Assembly: GCF_001194135.2 (NCBI RefSeq)
Contig: NC_068988.1
Span: 72,253,306 to 72,317,305, forward strand
Length of the DNA stretch: 64,000 bases
Source: Octopus bimaculoides
Lineage: Eukaryota
Direction: 5' to 3'
Positions 52,601 through 61,834 of this stretch are shown in pieces. Each line of letters opens with the position of its first letter. The stretch's first letter is position 1. The position numbers and the translations under genes are program-made. The notes under the pieces were generated by a model. The model made no database searches. It had not been told where the DNA came from and worked only from the letters and a program-made list of their open reading frames with translations.

Positions 52601-55122
52601 TCCTTTCCCTTAAAAGTGCCAAGGACAAATATCTAGAAAAATATATTTTTCGATCTTTCACATAAGAGAAACTAGTATTAGGTACATGCCTCATCAAATT
52701 AATCAAATTATTGACAATCCTAAATATCTTTTCAGAAAATTAGCTAAGTTCACAGTCATGCTGGTACCGTTGTTCGGAGTTCCTAATCTGTTATTTATGA
52801 TGCTACCACCAGAGCTGAACGTAGCTGTTGACGTGCCATTTCTTTATGTATCAATGTTATACAGTTCGTTCCAGGTTAGTAAAAAATCACTCTAATATCT
52901 ATGTTGCAAGATATTAAACTTTAATGCTTTATACCGTCAGTTCATAATATTTAAAAACGGTTCACCAATTACAATTCAATATGTATGAAATTTTTCTAAA
53001 GCTGCATGCATGATAAAAACGGTAAATAACAGAACAAAATTTCTTGTGATGTTTAATTCTATTTCTTTCTATTGTTGGTTGAAACCCCGCATATGTAATC
53101 CTGCCATTTATACACTGCTTAAGTTCAATTACTCCTTGGGTGAATTAGTAACGCAACAAAATAGCAAATGGCAACTATGAGGAGCTTAACACCACTTATG
53201 GTAATTTAAGCAAAATCAGTATTGGAAGTAAAACCAAACCCACAGTTTACGGTGATGTCACAATGCTAATTAACTCAGCAAGCGACACCGTTAAACTGTG
53301 GGGCTTTTCTGTAAGAATAACTTAGAGTTATTCATACCGGGAAAGTTTCTAACAGATCTGTCACCAGTTCTCTCAATTCAGTTAGACTCCTTAGCGGTCT
53401 GGTCAATGTATTTTTCCAGTTTCTGGAAAGTAGACACTGCTGTTGTTTAAGTCTATTTCTAGTTCAAAGTCAGAAAATATTGTTCAAAAGATTCCACATT
53501 GAAATAGGCACTATCTCTTGTTAATTCCTTACTCCACAAATATATTCCATTTTCCAGAAATAACATTTAACTTACAAGCACGGCATCGTTCTTCGTTACA
53601 AACATTGAAAATGTTTGTTCTTATCTTATAGAACATTTTGAAAGTCTTCAGTCATCTCACTGTACGAGGGGTGTCTGAAAAGTCTTGAGCCTCAAAAAAG
53701 CAAAACAGGGTACAAGACTTCTGATGATTTATTTTTCAACATAGTCCCCTTCGATGGCTGAAAACTTTCTCCAGCGGTGCTGAAGCGCCATTATTCCGGC
53801 GTAGAAGAACTCTTTCATTTGGGACTCCAAGAAACTTCCTACAGCGTCTATGACGTCATTGTCACTGGCAAAATGGCGACCAGCCAGGGCTTTTTAATTT
53901 TTGGAAATACTCAGAGGGGGCTAAGTCTGGCGAATAAGGCGGATGGGGAACAAGTTAGTATCCACAATCACGAATTGTTGCCATGGCAACTACTGAGGTG
54001 AGGGCTGGAGCATTGTCGTGATGAAGAACTCCTGGTGAGCATTCCCGGCCTTTTTTCTTTGATTGTTTCTCGGAGGCGTTTCAGCAGCAGAGAATAATAC
54101 AACCCTGTCACGGTGTGACCCTTTTCAAGGTAATCGATCAGCAAGACACCTTGAGAATCCCAAAAAACGGACGCCATGACCTTACCAGCTGAAGCAATGA
54201 CCCTGGCCTTCTTTGGAGTAGGAGAAGATGTGTGCTTCCACTGCTTTGATTGTTCCTTGGTTTCAGGCTGGTAGTGATGGACCCAACTTTCGTCCATAGT
54301 AATGAAACGAGCAAGAAATTCTCTTCATCAGCTTCAAACAGTTCCACATTGCTCGTGGACAAAGTGCACCTGGTGCGTTTCTGTTCAGGAGTCAAAAGGT
54401 GAGGGACCCACCTTGCAGAAACCTTTGAGAACCCAAGTTCTTTCTGTCACAATGTTGTCTGCTCTTTCAGTTGAGATGCCCAGTCTCTCCGCTATCTGAC
54501 GACATGATATTCGGCGATCTTGCATTATCATACCAGGAGCAAGGTCAAGGTTGTCCTTGGTGGTTGCAGTTGGAGAACACCCTGATCTTGGATCATCTTC
54601 CACACTCTCTCTGCCACGCTTGAATTCATTTATCCAGCGTTTGACTGTTGCATATGAAGGAGCATTGTCTGTTAACGTTCTCACCATATCTTCATGGATT
54701 TCTAATGGAGTCATGCCTCCCAAATGAAAGTACTTTATGACAGCACGATACTCAGTTTTCTCCATTTTCCTTGAAAATTCGAAGCTTGTTTATTCAAAAA
54801 TCTGCAACAAAAAAAAATTTAAATATCAGAATCATGAAAATGAGCAAGAATACTCCGAAAAGACTGTACTTACCAGAAAAAATTGTTTTAACTATATAGC
54901 AGCCCCGATTGTAGGTTAAGCTCAAAACTTTTCAGACACCCCTCGTAACGTCTTACGTGATATAACCCTAGCTATATTATGTGAACCTAAATTGTCGATT
55001 AAACCTAAAAATAAATTAATATCCTAATACCATACGCAAATATCTTGAGCAAATCACTTTTTTCTGTTTTTGCCTTTCAGGGATTAATTTTATCACTGCT
55101 ATTCTGCTTTCTCCATGAACAG
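16398..55122 (+). CDS. Class B1 (secretin-family) GPCR, invertebrate PTH-receptor-like; partial spliced CDS of 11 exons
   Basis: join(16398-16494,18208-18321,19138-19241,23031-23137,25863-26025,31017-31173,43419-43479,44792-44861,45323-45402,52736-52874,55081-55122) = 1134 nt, open, GT-AG. It encodes the ectodomain (C...CNRTWDG..CW...CP...C...G.W...W.DYSRC) and TM motifs GY..SL, LHINLF, HWECRL, WILVEG, FGW, CW, GPI...INF, KLAK.T..LVPLFG, SSFQG and FCF. Family is certain; the PTHR-like subfamily call is an inference from HWECR and KLAK.T.L.PLFG. Confidence 0.95.
18208..18321 (+). CDS. GPCR exon B (ectodomain)
   Basis: ttaag|GT...TTCG|gtaggt; GLWCNRTWDGIACWTDTHASSTATQICPSYIIGFNKF. Confidence 0.95.
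18825..18985 (+). mobile_element. tRNA-derived SINE (family 2)
   Basis: GGTGAGGTGGCAGAATTGTTAGCACGCCGGGCAAAATGCTTAG...GTTCAAATTCCGCCGA. Homologous copies at ~20725-20850, ~34725-34925 and ~47888-47922. Confidence 0.75.
19138..19241 (+). CDS. GPCR exon C (ectodomain)
   Basis: ttttcag|AAT...ACA|gtgagt; YASRRCTETGEWFRSPKTNKSWTDYSRCITPVDT. Confidence 0.95.
21070..22921 (-). mobile_element. Tigger/pogo DNA transposon remnant (DDE_1), with a CA-rich insertion at ~22280-22700
   Basis: Minus-strand VYNVDETALFWKCMPTRSFISREEKSTPKFKAS and LFLLDN...PENTTSLLQLMD*GVIANFKAYYLR. There is a Tigger-like terminus near 22895-22921; the other end is not defined. Confidence 0.8.
23031..23137 (+). CDS. GPCR exon D (TM1)
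   Basis: ctatag|GTA...TGCAG|gtgaac; VLAQNHIHNILGLTNFGYVVSLISLLVAIVIMVFC(R), phase 2. Confidence 0.93.
23461..23505 (+). ncRNA. Minimal type I hammerhead ribozyme motif in a GPCR intron (sense strand)
   Basis: CACACG-CUGAUGA-C-GGGU-CAAU-ACCC-A-GAAA-CUCGG-GUC-UGUGUG. It has a complete core, a GUC cleavage triplet, a 6-bp stem I, a 4-bp stem II with a C·A mismatch next to the core, and a self-complementary stem III ACUCGGGU. Confidence 0.8.
25863..26025 (+). CDS. GPCR exon E (ICL1-TM2-ECL1)
   Basis: ttccag|G...CCG|gtaagg; RFHYKSNVLHINLFLAFSCRSLFSVLRQNLFTYGFAMSIDFQKKGDKVIFKDGP. Confidence 0.93.
27000..27560 (-). mobile_element. Tc1-type transposase remnant
   Basis: Minus-strand VSSDDSPFIIFPT (SDES-like) and PMLQMLFPDGGAIFKDDNALIHPA (FQDDNAPIH-like), with frameshifts. 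Confidence 0.75.
27932..27997. repeat. (AAT)n microsatellite
   Basis: Direct tandem run. Similar runs at ~5303-5363 and ~44288-44345; (AGT)n at ~15310-15385; (ACT)n at ~35003-35065. Confidence 0.95.
29040..29620 (-). mobile_element. Penelope-like element remnant with GIY-YIG endonuclease
   Basis: ORFs NFTCASENLIYVIKCSGCHKNYIGST...TVHRQQI...SEHIDRC (LIY...YIG) and LPYVSTYNSRN...KSSKQPKTLNKILT, the typical PLE RT-EN linker. Confidence 0.85.
31017..31173 (+). CDS. GPCR exon F (TM3-ICL2-TM4 start)
   Basis: ttacag|CAC...GGT|gtaagt; HWECRLLFTLFVYGLCASQVWILVEGFYLQMLIHKTLFTQQRSVKFYIIFGW. Confidence 0.96.
32330..33700 (-). mobile_element. Decayed R4/Dong-like (RLE-type) non-LTR retrotransposon 3' part, copy 1
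   Basis: HFEEYVFAIQDQEIAT...EDVTHFINS...RYYLLMRHDVAVR; homologous to 49860-51560. Confidence 0.7.
33760..34480 (-). mobile_element. Highly decayed non-LTR reverse transcriptase fragment
   Basis: Minus-strand VYGFRQNHKTYID (Q.GFR..RST.D-like) and NGTYQGS (G.PQGS-like); many stops. Confidence 0.45.
36480..37200 (-). mobile_element. DNA transposon remnant, probably CMC/Chapaev-3-like transposase
   Basis: Minus-strand GPQFKWLLQDEQFL...EKEAWDAF...FLGNRKS...LGSNMSV*VHFLHSHLDYLLEN...SEEQRERFHQ...RYQG. Superfamily name is from recalled motif similarity. Confidence 0.65.
38592..38965 (+). mobile_element. Non-autonomous Helentron-associated (HINE/DINE-1-like) element
   Basis: Subterminal inverted repeats ACTTCCGCC (38598-38606) and GGCGGAAGT (38932-38940), a short 3' stem-loop-like segment GCGCTCACTAAGTGCTC, T-rich flanks and a core GATATCTCAAGAACTGCTGGATGGATTCGGATGAAACTT. 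Confidence 0.6.
39435..40555 (-). mobile_element. SINE family 1 (minus strand) split by an RTE insertion
   Basis: SINE tail half at ~39435-39625 and head half at ~40390-40555, on either side of the RTE fragment. Confidence 0.7.
39630..40390 (+). mobile_element. 5'-truncated RTE (BovB-like) LINE 3' end
   Basis: RLYKCVWNNKHLNISTKVSVYRAVVLTTLLYGSESW...LCWAGQVGRIKDHRLP...RNKRAPRKCYKDCLKQSL, then a C-terminal C2H2-like motif (YSCHYFNRVCRSHISLISH). Confidence 0.85.
40955..42240. repeat. Fold-back array of six related ~100-185 bp modules in mixed orientation
   Basis: Module TTGTTTCCTCATAACTTTGAGAAAAATG...GAAATTTTC...TCAGAGTGT...TTATATCGGAATTT at ~40958(+), 41130(-), 41335(-), 41715(+), 41876(-) and 42125(-). 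Confidence 0.8.
43419..43479 (+). CDS. GPCR exon G (TM4)
   Basis: ataacag|GT...CT|gtaagt; (C)FPFTFLIPWIFARIYYDNT(L), 61 nt. Confidence 0.93.
44792..44861 (+). CDS. GPCR exon H (ECL2-TM5)
   Basis: ttgatag|A...ATT|gtgagt; CWSVNTHWSYLWIIRGPITLTII. Confidence 0.94.
45323..45402 (+). CDS. GPCR exon I (TM5-ICL3)
   Basis: tttttcag|ATA...AG|gtaaat; INFLFFLDNIRVLRERTRARGNSRTF(R). Confidence 0.93.
47160..47770 (-). mobile_element. hAT (Charlie/Buster-like) transposase remnant
   Basis: CATDGAPVMIGRNRG and EVHCGIHRKQLAAK (TDGA and CxxH motifs). Confidence 0.8.
47923..48398 (+). mobile_element. Mariner 3' half (D,D34D catalytic region) with right TIR
   Basis: YYASLLQKLWEAIKADRRGMLTKGVCLHQDNGPVH and PPYSLDLAPSDFYYFPTMK; ends ...ATGAACACCCCTCG|TA. 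Confidence 0.85.
49860..51560 (-). mobile_element. R4/Dong-like (RLE-type) non-LTR retrotransposon RT/C-terminal region, copy 2
   Basis: The 423-aa ORF at 50098-51369 has RT thumb motifs (YRYLGV, DVDRLYLKCKQGGRGL), FAGYAFPIQEQEISTK, a decayed zinc knuckle (RLCG...SCP...RHD) and an RLE-like RP segment. Upstream RT motifs (GTFQRDSLS, LLSVNPLS) lie at 51392-51560. Confidence 0.85.
52146..52247. repeat. Near-perfect inverted repeat (41-bp arms, 20-nt loop)
   Basis: Arms 52146-52186 and 52207-52247 are reverse complements except for one position (A52170 opposite C52223). Confidence 0.95.
52736..52874 (+). CDS. GPCR exon J (TM6-ECL3-TM7)
   Basis: ttttcag|A...CAG|gttagt; KLAKFTVMLVPLFGVPNLLFMMLPPELNVAVDVPFLYVSMLYSSFQ. 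Confidence 0.96.
53665..54945 (-). mobile_element. Full-length (1281 bp) mariner element with TIRs and TA target duplication; transposase pseudogene
   Basis: TA|CGAGGGGTGTCTGAAAAGTCTTGAGCCT ... AAGCTCAAAACTTTTCAGACACCCCTCG|TA (28-bp TIRs, 2 mismatches). Transposase runs from ATG 54765 (MEKTEYRAVIKYF) through DESWVHHY, HHDNAP and PYSPDLAPSEY across frameshifts. Confidence 0.93.
55081..55122 (+). CDS. GPCR exon K (end of TM7, 42 nt)
   Basis: cctttcag|GGA...CAG|gtaaat; GLILSLLFCFLHEQ. A 42-nt exon here is typical of class B1 GPCR genes. Confidence 0.95.
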
Positions 55123-56266
55123 GTAAATATTTAATTTCAACTTTTTAAAACTTTTGGAATAGACAGGTAGACTTGATGTTTTGCGCAATCTTCTTCCTTC
55201 TTCATCTCGATTATCTTGTCTATCTTGTTCATCCATTTATGACCTATGAAATAAGTTCCACTAATATAGTATCAATTCAGTTCTTTCGGACTTCCAAAAA
55301 TTTTCAATTCTTATTGCACGTACCACGTTACTGTACAATGTATTGAAACTGAGCCAGTGAGAGAGCCTCACTGGACTCATTCGGTTTAGTTATAGCACCT
55401 GCATCTCCCTTGAATCCCATCCTATTGTCTGAAAATGAAGGATATGTCGGACAATGTAGTTTTGAATATACAAAAACAAAAAATATATAATGATCATAAT
55501 CTGGACGCTTTTGATCATAGGATTACTCCATCGCAAATTAAGTAGGTCTCTGATCAAATGAGAATGTAATGTTCAAATTGACCTCGTTCTCAGTTAAAAA
55601 TAATTAATTAGTTGTCAGTTAGAGAAAGTTTTCCAGAAGGTTCCTTACTAATCCCATATATTAACATATATTAACCTTTTCTCGCATAACTTATTGTTAT
55701 TTAATTGCAAATTTAGCATATTCAGTCGCATTGGTTTTATTTTAACGTAATTTCTATTCTATGGAATCAAAAGCGTCACCAATATGTGAATAGGATATGC
55801 TTGTGTTTGTATGTGTATATATGTATATGCATTTTTCTCTAATCAATATTGTGGGTCTGGGTATTTTAAAGAGCGTCTGTCCTTGGTATGCAATGTTGAA
55901 TTGATACATCAGTATAGACTTATTGTGTTTAGTATTGTGCTAAATACACTACCGACTCTGTTAGTTCTTAAGTAGAATGTTTTACTGCCCAGAAAGTTCG
56001 TCTTTTTTTATTATTATAGATCTACAATAAGATGAATTGAAAACTTTCTCTGTTTTTCATTGTGCGGTATGATTTGATGTGCTTTCATATATTCTTTAGC
56101 CTTTCATTTTATAATATGTAATAAAGTTTAGTTTCTATTGTTTTTGAGCATACAATACCGATGGAAGAAGTGTGTGGACTGCAAGTTGCACTATGTTAAA
56201 AAATAAGCTTTATTTGGTCACATTTTATGAATATCTTGATCAACCTATGCACTTTTCAGCCGGCCC

Positions 56267-56308
<42 letters not shown>

Positions 56309-58879
56309 ACGCGCGTACGTTTGTCTGTATTAGTGTGTTATTTTCTATCATTTTAATTTCATTTAAATTCTATGAGACTTTTAGATACGATGGAATATTC
56401 CTGGTTACGAATATAGAAATCTAACATGTTCCAAATATTTCTTTTGTTCATTTGTACGAAAAACGAACAACTAAAAATTTTAGCGTCTACTTTCCCATGA
56501 TTGCTTAGATCAAAGAAATTTCATTGAGGCAGATTTTCTATAGCCGAATACCCTTCCAGTTACTGTTTTGTGAGCTGGTATGATAGTGGGTTTAATGCGC
56601 GGACGAAGAGCAACAGCAGCAGGTTATCACCCTGAAAATGCCTTTTTGGTAGTGAATGCGATCCGACTCAATTTGCTCTTTATCACCCCTACGGAACAAA
56701 GTGGTTCGATAAAGTGCAAAGTGGCTGTGGGGCTTTTACTAACTGTAAAGCCTTGATAATCCAATTACGTGGTATACTTCCAAAAGCCTTCTGGTAATCC
56801 AGTCACACTAGGGCTTAGTTTCTGCTATTTTTTCCGTTTTTTTTTGTTTTTTTCATGGATCATTTTGTTTATTAGTAGCTGCTGTATACAGCTCCACACC
56901 TCCTTCTTTCCTCCAATTTGCTTGAGTGTTATAATATTGTAGATGGCACAATGATCCTGCAATAACAGATTGAGGCAGCCAGTGTGTAATTTATACATGA
57001 TGTTGCGGACACAGGGCCGTAGCATGACTTTTAGAGGCTCTGCAACTTTTTGTCTTGAGGCCCCATCTCTTCAATCAAAATTCATAATCTGCGCACATTT
57101 TATTCATAGCTATATTTTACTTTATTCTATTTCACGTTATCCTGAAGAACATCTTTAAAAGTACAAGTTCAGTTTATTTAGGGCTGGAACTATCGTATGT
57201 TTAGGAAGGCCAACATTTAACAGGGTTAAATGGACTCGCAAATATCAGAAGACAAGCATTTCAAAATAATAACTGTGAAGTATAGTTGTCTCAGCTTTTG
57301 TATGCGAAGAAGTTTATTCAAGAACATTAAAATACGAACAATTTCCAGTGCTAAACAAAAGCAATATATTTCAAATTATATATTTTTGAAAAACAGACGT
57401 GAATGTTCTCAAAGACTTGATAACAGTTGAAAAAGCTTTTTTAAAAATTCTATATTTCACTGTTAGCTATTGCAATATTTCGATTGGATAGACAATTCTA
57501 CAATTCAAACTCTAAAGACGAAATACCAAAGATGCAAAATAAGAAGAATTTCTTGCCTTCCTCTGAAATCACAAATTCAAGGGGAAAATAGTACCTTGCA
57601 AAATGACTGAGATATATATCAAAAGCTTAATCGTTTCGCAAGTTGTTTTCGTACCTTTAAGCTGTGTTGTCTTTGCATATTTGTTTGATCTTTCGTTAAC
57701 TGCCTCTAATTCTGATTTACTGTCATCCAAATTTTAATTGTGGACCTGTTGAAACATATCACCCCAGATTACTGGTAAGGCGTCCAGAATTTTTTAGATA
57801 TGAATTTCAGCTAAATTGTTAGTATGTTGTTTACTGCTAGATTTAGCTGATCGTTCTGTCTGTCCATCAGTGGAAGTGAGATGATTATCTTCACTGGCTG
57901 GTTTTATAGTACCAGCCTGCTTTGAATCAGACATTTCCATTTGATGTATCAATTTACATTTAATGATACGCTTTGCTTAAATATTTTGCGGATAAATCTA
58001 ATTCTGGATGTTTGGAGTTCCACAATTTTTTTTAGCTTTTGCGTAAAACCCAACTATTGGGGGTCAGATTGTATAGATATTTCATATAAACCTTTGTTTA
58101 AAATCATAGGTTCATTGTATACAGCGACTGTAGACACGATTTGGTTGTAGAAGACATACGTTTAGCTATGATGTTTTTGTCTATTCACTGATATTTGTAT
58201 TTGCTTTTGAAAATGGTCTTCTTTAAGTTTCGACAAAGTTTTGTCAGAATTAAATTAAATTTTTTTCACAGTTTGTGTAATCTGTTCTCTCAGAATGTTT
58301 TTAATTCTACAATTGTATTTAAAATTGTGTGCGTGTGTGCGTGCGTGCGTGTAACAGCGAATATATGCGTATTAGTTACTGTGATATATTGATACAGTGT
58401 TATAAAATAAGAGTTAAAGTAAGCTGTGTATGACTCTCCTGTGTGCATGTATACAATTTCCGTCCTAAACCTAAAGAGTCTAACAGCTCCTAATGACACA
58501 AAGTCTTATCAGAGATACCAATTCATCACGCATATCGCTAACAAAATACCTTTTTTGTATTGAGAATTGTTGATTTAAGTATTAGTTTACTCCCACTACA
58601 CTAAAGCATTTAGAATCACAAATAATTTGTGTGTATGGCTCAGTGGAATAATAACCTTCCTATATTCATTAACATTTCTACACGTTTTGAAAATTGCATT
58701 TACATGTAACAGACTAAAGGATTATGGGTATGATAGTGTAACTCATATATCATTGTCATTATGAGCTGAATTAATACGCTGTTAACTCCCGGATAGTCAC
58801 TCAGTTTTTTTTCCACTCGTAGTGTATTTCAGTAATCACTTTTGGGTTATATTTTGCACTGGAGATTTTTCTGTGGTTA

Positions 58880-58924
<45 letters not shown>

Positions 58925-59067
58925 GAAAGAAAGAAAGAAAGAAAGAAAGAAATAGAAAACANNNNNNNNNNNNNNNNNNNNNNNNNNNNNNNNNNNNNNN
59001 NNNNNNNNNNNNNNNNNNNNNNNNNNNNNNNNNNNNNNNNNNNNNNNNNNNNNNNNNNNNNNNNNNN

Positions 59068-59102
<35 letters not shown>

Positions 59103-59559
59103 CGTGTGTGTGTGTGCGCGCGCGCGCGCGGGCACGAGCGTGATTCTACACAGGACGCCTAATGCCGTTCGCTCTGTAGTTGTACTTGGTATTCTGTCTA
59201 CTGTGATGGCCCTTGTACATACATGGAAATCTCAGCAAGAAAACGTCAAAGCTGCATATTCATTGTAAGAGTCTGAGCCATGAAATATATATCTGCATGT
59301 CTAAGTTAGTTGTCTGAAATTCGTTCTCTGACTTCCAGATTTGTGGTTTACTGACAGAAAAATTCCTACTTCTGGCGTTTAAATTACCTATTTTTACTGT
59401 TAATCTGTGGTGAGGTATGATACGGGATTAATATTGTATTTATCTATAATGGGTACAAGTAGATCATGCAGTATATTATATGTTTGTGTAATATGGCTAA
59501 CTGTAATACGTGTCGATTATCCAGTTGTGTCGCCTACCCATCTGACTTGTCGTTAGAAC

Positions 59560-60030
59560 CTACAGCTAATGTCATTCTTAGCTCGCACGTCTACACGCGT
59601 CCGTCCACTCCCGCTCTTGAGGCCAAAAGGCTCAAATTGGTCTTAGTTCCGCCCACTTCCTCTTCCGGTAGAGCCTCTCAGATATTGACGTCACTGACCC
59701 TTTCCTTCCGGTTCAGATCATCCCCACACGCCACCTGATCTCAATGATCACTTTCTCACTTCACTTCATGTTGGAATTTGCCAATCACCTGGGCAGACGT
59801 CTCACTCGCTGTGATCTCCACAGTGATGGAGCACCGCTCGCTTCCTCTCCTCCACTTTCGTCGACCGATGAAGCAATAATTATGCAAACATCCAAGACAT
59901 GATGCAGCATTCTATTCACAGAGACATTATTTCTAGACATAACAGCCGTTACTGTTTCTCTGTTCTACTGAGATGTGCAGCGTGCCGTTGGGGGATTGAC
60001 CCAGACTTCATCTACCTTCACGAAGGCAGG

Positions 60031-60064
<34 letters not shown>

Positions 60065-60290
60065 GTTTTGTGATGCTGTACGTGGGAGTCGCCATTCATA
60101 CCCGAATATCGCTCAGTATGGCACGGACTCCTCAGCCTGTCCTGATTGGGGTGGTATATTGTATCAAAATATTGCTTCCAGTAGTGAGATGCGCCATGCC
60201 CTTGACCATGCGATGGTGTCTTTCCACGATCCCATTTCCACTTGACCTGTATACTGCTCTGAAGAAGCGTGCGACTGAAACAAATAAAAG
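59560..60290 (-). mobile_element. Gypsy LTR-retrotransposon integrase remnant
   Basis: FRAVYRSSGNGIVERHHRMVK (integrase core) and EVWVNPPTARCTSQ*...SRNNVSVNRMLHHVLDV (C-terminal domain). Confidence 0.7.
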
Positions 60291-61316
60291 AATAAAAGAA
60301 TGTGGGGGTGAGTGTACGATAGTGGTGATCAATGAGAACGAGTATTTAACATCACATTTAATGTCATGCATACTTCAAAATTAGCCAGCATTTCAATGAG
60401 AAATGCTAGTAATTCATCTCCATTTTGGAGAAGACTACGTGTGATTGTAAAATTACGAGAGACTTTACGAACTTCATTCGATGTTTGGTGGTATGGAATG
60501 AGATATAAGATGCACATATAAGGTGAGGTGACTTATACTGGGATTTCTTTAATTGTATGTTCATTAGATTTGTAAGTATTGGTTTCTGTGCACAATAAAT
60601 TTGAGTTGTACTATACGTATACATCTACAGATACCCTTATATAATTTATACAACTTGCGTCACACGTCTACACATTTGCGTAATATGAATTCAATGATGA
60701 CCATGGTGAACTTGTGGCACATAAAAGCGCTCGTGTTTATATCGCTGGCGAGCGATAATCATCCGTTACAGCCTCTGGAACTGCCAGATCACGTGATTTC
60801 GGCCTTCCTTGGCTTTATCAATGACACACGACCACAAATAGACATAGCAGCCGATTCCCCCGTCAGTGATATGTATAGAATCTCAGTGTTTATTCAGGTA
60901 CTGGTGTCGCAAATAGCTAGTCGCAAATAGCCAGTCGCAAATAATTAATAGCGACAGAAGTAGTATTATTACCAAAAGGCAATATTTAGCTCCACTTGCA
61001 CCAGTTGTTGTGCCAGAACAAGGTAGACTTTCTGTGTTATCTACAATATGAGAGTCCATACCAGAGGTTCTCCCGTGGTAAATAAATATCTCGTACATAA
61101 ATAGGAACCACCTTATACATATTAAAAAGATAATATATTAAAGCATTTCAGGCATTAAAACATACTTGATGCTTTGCATTATATATTTTATAATCAATTT
61201 ATAAAGCAAAACTACTGTCTTAGTGTACCAGATGGATCTTAGTATGAAATATTAAATGTATCAATACTCTGGACTAAGTAATCATTTTTGTCTTTTTTTA
61301 TAAAGTTCTTTCTAAA

Positions 61317-61566
61317 TATTAACAAGTAATGTTCGTTAACCGCTTCAACATGGCTGTCTGTTCGTACAGACTTTGCTGCAATTTTTTAACCCCAAGAGGA
61401 CATCCCCTCTAACTGGTTAACGATGCACAGCTGCATCTGATATACTGCGAGCAGGGGAACGAACTTCTACCACCTTCTAGCGATGGGATCAGCACCAGCA
61501 AACTCCTACAACCTTCTAGCAAACGGACAGCCATGTTGAAGTGGCTACGAACATTACTTGTTAGTA
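61317..61566. mobile_element. MITE-like element with ~45-bp imperfect TIRs
   Basis: Left TA-TTAACAAGTAATGTTCGTTAACCGCTTCAACATGGCTGTC; the right end reverse-complements to TA-CTAACAAGTAATGTTCGTAGCCACTTCAACATGGCTGTC. TA at both outer ends. Confidence 0.75.
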
Positions 61567-61753
61567 CAACCACTGTGTTGATCTCTTAGGGAGATTTTGA
61601 ACTAGCATTTTTGCTTGTTTCTACATACTTTTATGCGTGAAATATTTCTTATTCTGAGAAAATTTATTCCATTAATTTTATATGTGTTTGTGTAAAAGTA
61701 AGAGCGACCGGGGAAATTGTGTGCCTGCACGCGTTCGTGTGCACACGCACACA

Positions 61754-61834
<81 letters not shown>

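Noticed and set aside
57640-57945. Exon-like segments on the minus strand (MEMSDSKQAG...; cag|GTCCAC...AAAG|gtac)
   Set aside because: Stops in all frames of the putative exon and no recognisable protein; insufficient for an antisense gene call.
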